A DNA stretch of 64,000 bases from Vicugna vicugna (taxonomy: Eukaryota). The stretch is from positions 620,001 to 684,000 of the forward strand of contig MU061464.1 of NCBI GenBank assembly GCA_013265495.1, read 5' to 3'. Position 1 is the first letter of the stretch, and every line of letters starts with the position of its first letter. Made by a program: the position numbers and the translations under genes. Under the pieces are notes generated by a model, which was not told where the DNA came from, ran no database searches, and saw nothing but the letters and a program-made list of their open reading frames with translations. Shown here piece by piece: positions 1 through 12,770 of this stretch.

Positions 1-22
1 CCTCTCTGTCTTGCCTTTCCAG

Positions 23-44
23 CAGCAGGAGAGGCAGGAAGTAG
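23..44 (+). other. Candidate terminal exon start of an upstream + strand gene (tandem CAG acceptors; one frame reads SRRGRK* to TAG 42-44)
   Basis: Pyrimidine tract cctctctgtcttgcctttcc, then AG at 21-22 followed by CAGCAG; AT-rich 3'UTR-like sequence follows. Gene not recognised. Confidence 0.25.
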
Positions 45-1366
45 CGGGGTCCTGTTTGTTTTTAATTATAGGACATAATTACGCAGCAAGAAAGAGACTC
101 TCTTCTATGTAATTTCTCATCGTAGGGCTAACCTCTGTATTTCCTCCCGAATTCCATGTTCCATGACTTGAGTGATTCCTCACAGCCAAGCAGTGCCACT
201 GACAGGGGAAGCGGAGCTCGGCGGCCGTGGCTCCCAGGTCAGTTACGTGTCTATGACCAGTCTCCAGAATGGCCTCTTCAGTCGTAACTAAACCGTCAGT
301 GGACACGGCTGCAGAAGGCACTGAAACCTGGAAGACCAGGCGGGGGGCTACTGCTAAGCACAGAACCTGCGAAGATTTTGTTCTCAGCACCTCCTTAGCC
401 TTTTCGGCGGGGGTCTTTGACTGTATCAATATCCTAGTCATGATCACATCTGTGATTTTACTTAAAGGGCAGAAAAAAATTAAATGACTGAAAGATTTCC
501 CCAAGCAGTGCTTTTTCAATCCCCCAATAAGTCACTAGGAGATAAAGTAACTGAGTTCATGAAAAACAAACTACCCCAAAAGGTGAATTTTCTTTTAAAA
601 ACTACGTGGAGTTGAGAGAAAAATGTAAAAAAATAAAATGGTGGGGGGACATGTTGCAGAATAACGGCTGGGTGCATTGCATCCCAGATTGCCTGAGCTA
701 CACGGGAAGATCTCCTAGGACCACGCGACTGGTCGCCCAAGGTGTCCACGTAAGAAGCCTGACTCAGAAGGAGCTTCCAGAGGCCCTCTGAGCTCCAGGA
801 GCTCGACCTTCAGCCTTTGCCGTTAATTTGCCTCAGGAACACTTTGGAAAACTGTGGTCGGAGAGATGGGAATGTCACAAGTCCTCATCTTCTAGAACCT
901 CTTGATGCCAAGCTCGGAGACTGAGGCCCTAGCAGCTGACGTGACCTGGCCCAGACCGCAAGTTGGTTATGGGGGGGCCCAGCACCCTCCCCTTTAACAC
1001 CCATTCACCAAGTACCTGGTGTGTGTGCTGCTCCGAGCTGAGGGCTCCTTGCACCAGCATGAGCCTTCCTTCATGAATTGTAATAACATGCAAAGAGCTT
1101 ATCAAGATTTATAATTTTTTTAAACTCTGTCTTTACAAAAGAAGCCTCTCTGAACCTATCATTGCAATATGTGCAGCTGCAGTGACAGGAAAGGGTCCCA
1201 GCCACAGCCCACGGTGAGGGGCTGTGTGCCAGGGCACGACGTGCTTCCACCGAGAGAGAGATTTCCATGCAAAAGTGGCACCAGGGGTCAGGGACCAAAT
1301 ACAGTGGTCAAATGTGAATTGAGAACAATTAATGAGTCTGGACACAAATTAATTGAGTTCTTACCC

Positions 1367-1372
1367 AATAAA
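1367..1372 (+). terminator. Possible polyadenylation signal for the upstream gene
   Basis: AATAAA at 1367-1372; another at about 633-638. The hexamer alone is weak evidence. Confidence 0.15.
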
Positions 1373-2559
1373 CAGTCAGGTCACACTGACTCTTGAATTC
1401 AATGTTGTGGCGGCAGGAAAACGGAGGGCGTTGAATTGGTTACACTGTTACTCAAAAGGGGAGGGTCGCTGGTGTTGTCAAGTACACTCTCGTCAGGTGC
1501 CTTCGTACTGCTCAGGTCTCCAGTTACTGTTCCAAGTTCAACTTCCACTAGATACGAGCTGCACAATTGAGTCGGCTTCTCTGGTTCAGTTAAGACAACA
1601 TCAGAGAAAAAACAGCCGTGCTCAGTAGAAACAAGCAAAAGCTGCTAGGGCTTCTGGAGTGGAGGAGAAGCAAGACTGCAGTGAGGGGACCCACGACAGG
1701 ATGCTGCCCAGGAGAGCGGCCTTCTGACGTGTTGCTGTCAACGAAGCTCGGTCTCTTCTTTCAACTTAAATTTTTCAAAACTTTTAAGCAAGAGAGATGG
1801 CAGTTTAAGGTGCTGTATTAAGGTTCTCACTGCTGTTTCTAGCGGGGAAAAAGTCTAACCTTTGTGAATCAGAATCACGCTTGCCTGGCCATGAAATGGG
1901 GCCTTCTTTTGTACACGCAGTGCCCGTGGGCATTCAGGAAAAAGTGCCATATATAGAAGACATCTCCTTTGAGTGGAAGAATTAGGGAAAGTTACGGCTT
2001 CCTCCAGGCTGTAGCCTGGGGCTCAGGCTGGGAGGCCAGAGCATGAGCTGGACTTCAGACTTCAGTCGACCCTCTGGCTGGGTACCCCATGCAGAGCATG
2101 GCCGTACCCGGAGGTCTTGGCTTGCAACTTGATTTTCTGCACCTCTCGCCTGGTCAGTGTAAGCTGTCATGACCTTTCCAGACCTGGGGTTTGTTGCAAA
2201 GGTGTGAGTTAGCAGTAGCCTAAGACTTCAGGGCATGGAGCTGGGCAAGGGGTGCAGAGGACATGGACAAAGGCGGAGTGAGGACCAGAGGGTCCAAAAG
2301 AAGGCCAAGGCCAAAGGAACTAGGCAGAAAGGCAGAAACGAGGTTTGACAAGAGGTGATAAGGTGGGAGCAGCAGGTTTTGGAGGGAAGGGGCAGGTGAG
2401 CCAGGCTGATTCCTGGAGGCGCGGGTCTGCCAGCATGCTGGGCTGGACGGACCGGCGTCGGCAGTGACCATCAGCGGAGCCCTGGGAGGGGGGCGGCTGC
2501 AAGGCTTGCAGGCACTGGAACAACATTCCCTGAGTTCGAATCCTAGCAGAGCTCAGGCT

Positions 2560-3190
2560 AAACACTCACTCACTCTTGACTTCTTTCTTTCCCTCATATT
2601 CCCACATCTAAGCCACCAGCAAATCCTCTTGGCTCTACTTTAAAAATCTATCCAGACCGGCCATCTCTCACCATTGCCACAACTCTTGTCCAAACCACCG
2701 AAACAGCCTGCTAACTCACCTCTCCGCTTCTGTCCTGGCTGGTTTCGCCCTCCCAGCCTCCCCTCACCCCTGAGTTTATTCTTATCACACAACCATTTCG
2801 AAGGACCTTGCCAGTCATCTGCTCGGAGTCCTCCCGTGGTTTCTCACCTTGCTCAGAGCTATACCTCAGGTCTTTACAGTGACTTATAAGATCTGAAGCC
2901 CTGTCTTTTTGGATCTCATCTCCTAACACCCCCCCCTGGAATATGTCACTCAAGCCACATTGACCTCCTTGCTGCTCCTTAAAAAGACAAGTGTGCTCTT
3001 GCTTCAAGGCACTTGCACTTTCTGATCCTTCTGCCTGGGACACCTCCCCTCAGTTGATCACTTCCTTCGGTGTCTTCTTCAAATGCCACCCAGAAGAGGC
3101 CCTCCCAGGTCATCCTATGTGAAAAAGGAACCCACTATCTCCTGCACTCCCCATGTCCCCTCCCTGCTTTATTTTTCTTCCTAATAATTC
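2560..3190 (+). mobile_element. LINE-2 (L2) 3' region remnant
   Basis: Resembles L2 consensus motifs (aaaatctatccagaccggccatctctcacc; ttgcactttctgatccttctgcctggga; cttcaaatgccacccagaagaggccctccc). Confidence 0.6.
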
Positions 3191-4139
3191 TCAACTTCTG
3201 ATGTAAGATAAATTTTACTTTTGAGACACAATCTGCATGCAGTTAAGTGCACAGATTTCAGATTCGTTTGTTTAGTGCAGAGGTGTAGTGTCAACTGTAT
3301 AAACATGCCACAGTGCGCTCACCTGCTCGTCTAAGGTTAACAGCTGTTCTCAGTTTAGGGCCACTGTGAACAAAGGTGCTATGAACAGTCTTCCACAAGT
3401 CTTTTTGTAGACATGTGTTTTAATTTAGGAACTTTGGGGAGTCACAATTCAACCTATAACAATATCTTAACAATATCAAAATGTTTGACCCTTGAACGTG
3501 GTATATCTTTCTATTAATTTAGGTTATCTTTCATTTCTCTCAACGTTTTATAATTTTCAATGTCCACGTCTTGCACATATTTTGGTCATTTATATGTAAG
3601 TATTTGTATTTAGTGTTTCGGGTGCTATTATTAATATCCCTTTTTCAAATTCAGTTCTTCATTGCTAGTGTACAAAAATTCAATGACCATTTACGTGTTG
3701 ACCTTGTAAGCTGACACTTGCCAAGCCCGCTGGTCCCTGCGGCCATGTGTGGTGTGGGTTTTCCTTAAGGTTTTCTGCACACACAGCCATGCTGTTTGTG
3801 AACAAGCACTGTCTGATGTCTTTGCCCAGCCCTGTGCTCTTGCTTCCCTCCTGTCCTGCTGCTCGTGCTGGGACCTCCTGCACAACGCGGAGTAGCGGCG
3901 GTGAGGACAGACACCCTTGTCTTGCTGGGGATCTTAGGCGGGGAGCGTGCAGCTCTCACCGGTAGGCGGCTGTGTGTTTTTCATAGACGTCTTCTGTCCG
4001 ATTGGGAGTCTCCTTCCGGCTACCGTGCTGCTGAGCCGGATTATGCTGGCTGATGCTGAGTTACGTCAAGTTAATTTTTTTGTGTCTGTTGAGATGATGA
4101 TTTGGTTTTTCTTCCCTTAATATGACGAATTGAATTAGT

Positions 4140-4305
4140 TTTTTCTTTAAATTCTTATTCGTATAGAAGTGTAGTTGATTTACAATGTTAGTTTCACGTG
4201 TACAGCAAAGCAATTTAATTATACATTTACATACATGTGTATTTTTTCAGATTCTGTTCTATGACAGCTCATTACAAGAAATTTAATATAGCTCTCTGTG
4301 CTATG
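4140..4305 (-). mobile_element. Younger cetartiodactyl-type L1 3'-end fragment nested in the older L1
   Basis: aagtgtagttgatttacaatgttagttt...tacagcaaag matches the same 3'-end type as the L1 at 62302-63214. Confidence 0.6.
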
Positions 4306-4879
4306 AGCTGATTAGTCTCTGAGTGCCGGACTAACTTCAAATTCCTGGGACAAACCCCACTCGATCATGTGGTGTTACTCTTTGCAAACATTACTGGTTT
4401 TAATTGACTAGTATTTTGTTAGAATTATTGGTGTGTAATTTCCCTTTCTTGTAACGTCTTTGTCAGCGAATACGGCCAAAGTCACACTGACCCTATGCAA
4501 CAAGCCAGAAAGCGCGCCTTCATTCTCTGTTTTCTGGAAGGTTGCAAGATAGGTGACGTCTGTTTTAGAACTCTTTGAGAAGGTGCACAAGCAAAGCCAC
4601 CTGGGACAGTTTAAATTACGAGTCCTGGTTTTTAAACAGACATAGGGCTATGCATTCTTTCGATTTCTTCTTGTTTCAGCTTCAGTGGGTTTATATCTTT
4701 CAAGGAGTGTGTCCATTTTATGTATGCTGTCAAATTTAATGGCATAAAAGTTTCACAATGTTTCCTTGTCTTCTAAACATGTAATAGTATCTCCTTTTTT
4801 CATGATACCGTTTGTGTTTCATCTCTACGTTTTTTAAAGAAAAATAGACTTCGTTTCTGAGGGATGTTAGGCTTATTCT

Positions 4880-5152
4880 ACCAAAACATTCATCGGTAAG
4901 TGCAGAGTCCGCACACACTCCCTTCCCCGCTTCCCCCCACTACTAACACCTTGCGTTAGTGGCGCTGATCTGTCACAACGGTGAGCCAGCATTGCTAAAT
5001 CACTCTTGGCTGAAGTGCGTACTTTGCAGCCGGGTCACTGTCTTCAGGACGTTTGTACAGTGGGTTTTGAGAAATGCGTGCTGATCCGTGGCCGCCCTCA
5101 CGGCCTCGTGCGGGTGGTGTCGCCGCCCTCAACTCCGCTGCGCACCTCCCGG
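4880..5152 (-). mobile_element. L1MB/MC-like 3'UTR fragment, strongly GC-shifted
   Basis: Motif order (ctgtcacaacggtgagccagcattg...tttgtacagtgggttttgagaaatg...gccctc) follows the old L1M 3'UTR, but with many G/C in place of the recalled A/T. Confidence 0.5.
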
Positions 5153-5312
5153 NNNNNNNNNNNNNNNNNNNNNNNNNNNNNNNNNNNNNNNNNNNNNNNN
5201 NNNNNNNNNNNNNNNNNNNNNNNNNNNNNNNNNNNNNNNNNNNNNNNNNNNNNNNNNNNNNNNNNNNNNNNNNNNNNNNNNNNNNNNNNNNNNNNNNNNN
5301 NNNNNNNNNNNN
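5153..5312. other. Assembly gap (160 N)
   Basis: Run of N. Confidence 1.
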
Positions 5313-7084
5313 TCTCTTTGTAGCCTGTTAGCTCTTTTCTTTTCTTTCCTTTTTTTTGGGGGGGGGGTTCTAGGAGCTTATCAGTTTTATTAATGTTTTC
5401 AAACGAAAAATTATAGTGCTGTTTCTCTGCCAGGTGTTTCACTATCATAGGAAAGCACACTGTGTGTAATTTCATTTCTTTGAAACAGAAGTACAGAGAC
5501 TTGATTTGGTTTATGGGTTCATGTTGGTGAATGTTCTATGTGTAGGTGGCGCATTCTAGCAATGTCACCTAGGTCCGGCTGATTGACAGTGTTATTTGAG
5601 CCTCCCGTGCCCACACTGCTTTTCTGTCTACTTGTTCTGCCAGCTATTGAGAGAGGGGTGCTGAAATCTCCACGTGTAAGCGTGTATTTATCTATTCCTC
5701 CTTTTAGTTCATCAGGTTTCACTCCATGTCTTTTTTTTTTGTCCTTTGTAGGTTATTATTTTTTTAATTCTTATTTGTTAATCACGCCATGTCTTCTGAA
5801 GCTCTGTTGTTAGGCCACACTCACAGAATATTGTTATGTCTTTTAATGCATTGACTCGTTCATCGTTATCAAATATTTTCCTTCATTTCCAGAAATGTCT
5901 CTTGTTTTGAACTCCATCTTGTCTGACTTTAATGCAGCCACGCCAGCTTTTGCATTTCCGTTTGCAGGGTGTGTCTTCTGTCCTTTTACCTTCAACCCTC
6001 CGTGTCTTTACATTCCAGCTGTTTCTTGTATTTGTCTCTTTTTCCCCCTTTTATCCCGTTTGACAGTCTCTGATTTTCCGTTGCTGTGTGTATCCGTTTG
6101 CACTGAACGCAGTTCCTCACGTTGCTGAACTTAAATCTACCAGTGCTGTTTATTTTCTACCTGTTTCCTCTGTTCTTCATTCCTGTGTTTCTGGTTTCTT
6201 TCGGATTGATTGGTATTTTAATTTTTCCATTTGTCATCCTCTGCTAACGTTAGCTATCCGACTCTTCTGTTTACTTATTGTTTAGTAGATGCTCTAGGCA
6301 TTTCACACGTGTCTGTAAACTCTCGCAGTCCATCTTTAGTCAATATCACACCACACTGTGCTCAAGGTAAGAGGCTTCCAACAGTGTGTGTGCATCTACC
6401 TGCCCCTTCCTCGTACAGCTGTTGTTCAAGGTACGACATGTTTTATTAGTTACTAACGGCCACGATACTTCCTTGTTTTTATCTTTTAAAGAAATTAGAG
6501 AGACGGTCGTCTATTACGTTTCCCCTCAATTTGACCATTTCCCGCGCTCTTCGTTTCCTCCCACCACTGCTTCCTTCTGGCGTTTATTCCCTTTCAGCCC
6601 GAGGAACTTCAACGTTTCTTGCAGTGTGAACCTGCTGACGTGACTTCTCTCCACTTCAGTTTATCCGACCAACTGTATTCCACCCTCAGTTCTGAAACAT
6701 TCTAAGTTGAAAGGTTTTTACGTTTCTCAGCAATTTGATGACGTAAGTCGCTGTCCCCCGTTGGATCATTTCTGATCAGAAGTCAGGAATCGTCCTGGGT
6801 GTTGTTCCCCTGTGACGTGTCCTTCTTCTCTGGGTGATGGCGCCATTTCCTCTTTTCTTGTCTTTCCTGCTGTCTGGCTGCATGTGTCTTGGGACAATTT
6901 TCTCTGTGCCTTCCGGCTCGGGCTTGGGTGAAGGTCCCCTTGCTTCTGTGTGTTGGTGATTTTCATCAAACTTCAAGAAAATGCGTCCATCGTCGCTTGA
7001 AGTAGCCTTCTGCCCATTGCCCCGCTCTTCCCATTTTCAAACCCCAGTTACACACGTGCCTTTCTTGACACATTTGATTACGTG

Positions 7085-7250
7085 TTGTGGGCAGTGGGTT
7101 TTTGTCTGCAGTCTGTTGCTTCTGCTGGACTGGGAGCTGTTTGAAAGGTCAGCATCCTGTCTTACTTTCCTCTGTCCTCATAGCTTCACGGAATGTATAC
7201 ATGGGAGAAGCTCAGAAATGTGTTTGTGGAGTTAATGAACAAATGAATGG
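7085..7250 (+). mobile_element. L2 3' terminus
   Basis: ctggactgggagctgtttgaaaggtcagcatcctgtctt...aaatgtgtttgtggagttaatgaacaaatgaatg is L2-tail-like. Confidence 0.55.
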
Positions 7251-7254
7251 AAGT

Positions 7255-7450
7255 AACCACCATTTGTTGGTGGCTTGCCACGTGCCACGTGCCATTTTAC
7301 CTACTTTTACGTGACCTACTCATTCCTACTTCACAACAATCTGGAGACAGAGAATGTACACCGTGATTTTACAGGGGAGTGAACTGCGGCTCAGGGCCCC
7401 ACAGGCTCGCTCACGCTCACAGAGTTCCTGACTGGGGAGCTGGCTTTGAA
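7255..7450 (-). mobile_element. MIR SINE
   Basis: tcattcctacttcacaacaat...gattttacaggggagtgaactgcggctcag...gagctggctttgaagccag follows the antisense MIR core. Confidence 0.55.
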
Positions 7451-10400
7451 GCCAGCATCTCTCTTTGCGATTAATGGGGGAGGAGAACGTGTGCAGCGTT
7501 GTCCAAAACCACCAGGCTTGATTCTGCCTCTTGTCCTGCATCATCACTCATTAACGAGAGGAAAATAAATCATGGGTAACACCAGGAACTGAGGAAGCAG
7601 GTGGCGAGATGGCCTAAAGCTGAATGGGATGGGGCGTGCCCAGCAGGGGCGTGCTCCCGCCGAGGTGGGCAGAGAGAGGGCAAGGCCGGGGGCAGGTGCC
7701 CCATTTGCACCTACTCGTGCAGTTTAAGAGCATGGCAACAAACAGTCATCCCGGGACACCAGGAAGCTTGTTAGCGGCCGTTTCTTTCCTATTTTGGTCT
7801 CTGCAAAATCGATCAGTTTGGGCCTCCACTGGGAGTGGCTTGTTGGGGCTTATGAATTCTTAGGGAAGCACTTCCAGGAACACCATCAAGGTAAACACAG
7901 GAGCTGCACTTTGAGTGTATTTTCTGCTCTGTGCTTCCTGCGATCCTGGTGATTCTGCTGGAGAAAGGCGCTACCTCTCGCCTCAAGAGGAAAATGACAG
8001 GTAGCTAATTATTTTCGTGTTAGGTCCATTTCATGAGATTGTTGATCAGTCTAAAATCTATCTTTGCTTATATACCCGTATCTTCTGTTTATCCATTGAT
8101 CTATTTATCTATCTAGCTTCTAGCTCTTTTTGCTGCTTTTAAATCTGATTCTGCTTTGTCAAAATCTCTAGTAGCCCCATTTCAATTTATGGCATTTTAA
8201 ATAGACCTTGTAAGTGTACATTCTGGACAATGTTAACAGAATTTCAGGCATTGAGGACAAGTGGGGAAACTGCTTAAGTCCTTAGGAGAAGCTAAAAAGA
8301 CTATTAACAACCCAAGTCCATAAAAACATCTGCTCCAGTCATGCCGGTGATTTTTTATCAGTCCTTCAAATCCGTGACAAAGCTCTCCAGAGCAAGACAA
8401 ACGTTCTGGTGGAGTGCAATTTCCAATTTCTTAGCTAACCTGGTTTTGTTGATTCATACATATGCATGATTCAAGGCTGTTCTTGAATACAAAAAAAAGG
8501 AAGAATAGGAAAGAAAAATTCTTCGGGGCTCTAATTCCTTTCTACAGTATTTATATTCCTTGAAATGCCCTTGAAATTTCATTTGCTAAGGGAAGCTAAA
8601 CAAATAATTGCATACTAAAAGGGAAATGAGACCAGCAAGCTGGATAATTTGTAGCATCAAGTATTCTTCTTCCACAGGTAACATTTTCTCTGTGAAGAAA
8701 CAGGAGGAGTAAACAGACCGCTGTCTCTTAAATGCAGTGACTAACAGCAACACCAAGTGCATGAAGCGAGAACGCCCAGGACGCACTTCCTCGGTTCTGC
8801 TCCGTCATCGCCGAACGCAGTGAGCGGCAACAGTGGCAGAAGTCACGCCCGTCACGCCTCCCCGACCTCCGAGGACGGGTGCCGGCGCGGAGCTAGTGCG
8901 CCTTGCTTCTCTTTCTGGTCATCACCATTGTTTTTGTTGTTGTTCCGGGGGCCTATTACAAACTTTGAAAAGTTTCCTCTGAAAACAAACTTGACAGTCC
9001 TCTGAGGACAATGTAATGAGACAGACAGGCAGCACTTAGCTTGAAATCAATCACAGCCGTGAGCGGAGGAAGTGGGTGAACATCTCAGACATTGCTTGGG
9101 ACCCACAGCATCGCTCTCCGTGGGAAGGCAGCTCGGCAGCGTGGGGAGGAAACTTAATTTCTCTGCCGCGACACGCGGTGCCTTCAGCTTCACTGTCAGG
9201 AGAGTTTGCATGTGAGACGTGCTTTTCATTGACTGCAGACTGAGCAGTGTCTTAAAAATGAAATGCATTGTAGCTTAAATGAGCAGGTCTGAGTTAGGGA
9301 ACAGCATGATGCCCAATTTCAGCTTAGTGGACGGAAGCCGGTATCTGTTTCCAAATAGATTTTTCCTAAGAAGAGAGTCAGTTTCAACACTCAGCCCTCA
9401 TGGTGAGACGGCTCTGAGTGATAAACGAACGCGAGGGAAGGAGTCCCTCTACTTCTTGGCGCTGAGCATCTGGTCCTGAACCCCTACTCTGATCACTGAA
9501 GAAGAAGAGATTTGGAGGGGGAGGGGGAGGGTGCAGAGAGGGTCCGGCTCTTGGCCCCCGGGCCCCTCAGGCCCAGACCACTTCCCAGCAGAGTCTGGGG
9601 ACTCCCTGCTTTACGCCCCTTCAGTGACTTCTGTCACCTGCGTGTGTACACGGCGCACTTTCTCCCCAAATCACACCTCTGGCTGGATATGTCCACACGC
9701 ACCTCGCACACTGACTGGCCGGCCCTCCCAGCTACCGCGTCCTCTCGCGTCGGCAGAGAAGCTCGCAGATGTCCTACGCTTTGAGAGCTCTCCTGCCGCT
9801 TCCTGCTGGAACCCACGGACGTCACGCGGCCGGAATAGCGGTGTGTGCCCTGGAGGGGGTTAAAGGACCACGGGGCAATGGGCATGAGGAAGAGGGGCTC
9901 GCAGAAGAGACGTGGGCTTCTAGGGAAGCAGGGTGAACGTCTTCCACCGAGCCTGCTGAGCTGCAAAGGGTTCTGACCACGGAGCTAGGGGTTAAAGAAA
10001 AGCCAGACAGGGAGCGTTTGAGGTTTGGTCCCCGGTTCGGGGGAGACGACCCGGGAACAGACCACAGAGTGAGGGCGGAGGGGCTGGCGCTGGAGCGCTG
10101 CCTGCTGTGAAGCTGTCTAGTGAGCGCTGTCTTCATAGCATCTTTCCTGTTTCACACTCAGAAACTGAGCTCTGGTTCCTAAGAGGCACACTTACCTGGG
10201 TGTTCCGTGTGAGTGAGGAGAGAAAGGTTTGCAGACTGAAGGCCCCAGGAGCCCTCACCGTGGGCGCCGCGCCCTGACGCGGGGTGCAGGGGGCACGAGC
10301 GGGTCTCGCCCCGGTGCCCTCTGTGCGCCCTGGGCTGAGAGGCCTGGTCGCAGGTGAGAGCTGGCGGCGCGTGGCCGCGAGGTGGGGCCTGGAACTGGGC

Positions 10401-11849
10401 GCCTGGCCTTGACCCCGGGCTCTGCCGCACGCACCTGCCATCTCAGCAGCTGTGTCCTCATCTGAAAGGCGGGGCAGCCGTGGTGCTCACCGGAAAGGGT
10501 TAAATGGAGGAAACACGTAAGACGGTGCCTGTCGTGAATGAAGCACCACACAGGCGTTTGCCGCTGTTACTACTTGCTTTAAAGCTGTTACCTGGTTCCT
10601 GGGGAAGGCGGGGTGTGCCCGCTTGGACCTCGTTGCTCTGTCCCTGCGTCCGAGGTCAGCCAGCTGGACGCCTGCCGCGGGCCTGGTGCGGGCTGCAGGC
10701 TGTTCTTGGCCACCTCAGTCTGTGCTCACTTTTATTTTCTCGACTTATTTGGGTTTCTCCAGCCAGTTGACACGCAGAGCTCTAATTACGTGAGATGATT
10801 TCCACAAATGAAGTTAAAACAGAGGGTGGGCAAGGGTGGCAGAGCCCCACAGGCTCTCACAGCGGCCGAGCCTGGTCTGCGGCCCCTGCTGTCCTGCTGA
10901 GACCCTGGCTGGACGCCCTGCTGAGCTGTGCCCAGCACTGTTACTGTGGAGAGCAGGTGTGTCTGCCCCGTCCCCGCCCGTGCAGGCTGCGGGCAAGGCT
11001 GGGTGCGCTTTCTCTTCCCTGAGAGCCCTCTTCCCACCACGGATGTTCAGAGGCGTTCGGGGCAGAGCAGACGTGGGGGGCTGTCCCACTGGCACCCGAC
11101 TGCCTGCAGGAGAGATTGCTATGAGAAATGCCATGTAAGTGCTGGGACAATTGGATAACTATTGAGGACAAAAATATATGTAAAGTAAATGGCACAGTGC
11201 CTGACACAAAACACGGCAGCTGATTCGTCTCCGCGTCATGTTACACGAGCAAAGATACACTTTGGGACATTTTCACAAAAGACTGCTGAGATCGTAACAT
11301 ATGTATGTTAGCAAATAATGTCTGGCCCTTGGCAGACACTCCATCAATATTTACCTAATTCAACTAAACCTCTTCCTTCGCCCAGATTCCAGTGACTCTG
11401 TCAGGGCAGATCTCTGTCTCCAGACACCCAATTAAGTGGTCTTTACACGTGTTGTTTCCTTCCTAGAAACTTCAGTTTGGGGATTTCAAAATCACTTGTG
11501 AAAAAGAACTACTTTTAAGCTGGAGAAAGATTTTTAAAGAAAAAGTTGATATTTTGTTCAAATGCATTGCAAATTAGAGAAGCACTGAGTGGATTTCACC
11601 GTATTTAGCAACAGACACATCATACCTGTTGGTTGCATGTGATTATTCGTGGGAGACAAAAACACACTTCAGGCCCCGCTTTCAAGGAATTTACCATCTG
11701 CTAAGGGAATAATGCTACTGTAAAACCCCATGAGATTACTGTCAGAATAATGTGAATTTACAAGTAAGAGTGCTGGAAATTAAGATCAGAGGCCAATTAC
11801 ATAGACATGAAATACTAAACCATAATATAAAAATACCTACCTGTGGGTA

Positions 11850-12770
11850 TTACGAGAAGATATCAACGCAAGTCAGTGGACTAACCGACTAGTTGACTAA
11901 TTCTTTCCAATATGTCTTATTTGCTTTTTAAAAAGCTTAATAAATATTTATTTAACAAAAGCATTATTAAAGATTTAGTATCTTTAACTATAAAGATTAT
12001 GCCCATTTTTTGGGCAGATATTGCCACAGTGAGCATGTCTAGGATAGACGTGTTGCTTCTGTTAATTTGTTTCCTTGTGGTAAATTCCTGAGAAGGGAAT
12101 GACTGTGCCCCATCTGCTTTTTAATCCATTCAGTATGTTTCTAATTGCATTCATTGTGGTTTAATTTCTAGAAGTTCTGTTTCTCTTTTTCTAACCTGTC
12201 TGCGTGTTCGTATTTCACAGTCTCTTATTCCCTAGTCATGTTTTTATTCCTTTCTTTTATTTCTTTAAAAATGTTGAACCTATACTTTTGAACATTTGAG
12301 CATCCACCCTCTTTGCAATCTAATTGCCTGAGTTTTGTTCTGTGAGCAATTGTTCACAGTGGCTGGATACCTCCGGGGTGTGTGTGTGTGTGTGTGTGTG
12401 AGGGAGAGAGGGAGAGAGAGCTCCTGATCTGTGATCCTTGGAACTTGCCTTTGGTATGATTCTCCTGAGAGGATTTGCATGTGATTTTTGCCAGATGCTG
12501 GAAACAGTTTGAACCAAATTTGTGACTGAGCTATTTGGAGCCATCACGTGAATTCTAGCCCCAAATCTGTGTGAAGACCGGCTTGTGGTTATAAATTGTC
12601 ACAGAGGGTTCTGTCTCCTCCCTACAAGCCAAGGCTACGATTGGAAATCTTTCTTAACAGCCTCCTTACGGGTGGCGGCAGATAATTTCCCTGTTGACCC
12701 TCAAAAGTGATGCCTTTCGTGGCCCCAGCTTCTTGAGGGAGGGTCTCTGCGACAACTCGTACCTCGTGTG
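11850..12770 (-). mobile_element. Degraded old L1 (L1ME-like) fragments
   Basis: Antisense L1-like motifs (gtaaattcctgagaagggaatgactg; tttaatttctagaagttctgtttctc). Confidence 0.45.
12378..12420. repeat. Compound (GT)n/(GA)-rich microsatellite
   Basis: gtgtgt... at 12378-12400, then a GA-rich run to 12420. Confidence 0.95.

Larger units (their letters stand above)
3466..6990 (-). mobile_element. Old L1 (L1M-type) antisense remnant, interrupted by younger insertions and a gap
   Basis: T-rich antisense L1 motifs throughout (attgctagtgtacaaaaattcaatga; ttcctgggacaaaccccactcgatcatg; gctattgagagaggggtgctgaaatctcca). Confidence 0.75.

Noticed and set aside
186-291. Plus-strand exon-like reading QAVPLTGEAELGGRGSQVSYVSMTSLQNGLFSRN*
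   Set aside because: Weak pyrimidine tract and no protein match I can recall; the acceptor at 21-22 is stronger, which would make this 3'UTR.
79-519. 146-aa minus-strand ORF with an acceptor-like site near 450-465
   Set aside because: No recognisable domain and no supporting upstream exons; this length is attainable by chance.
1399-1638. 79-aa Ser/Thr-rich minus ORF
   Set aside because: No homology recognised and no convincing splice or start context.
7275-7290. Tandem CACGTG E-boxes
   Set aside because: Inside a MIR, with a 1-bp spacer rather than the 5-bp ChoRE spacing.
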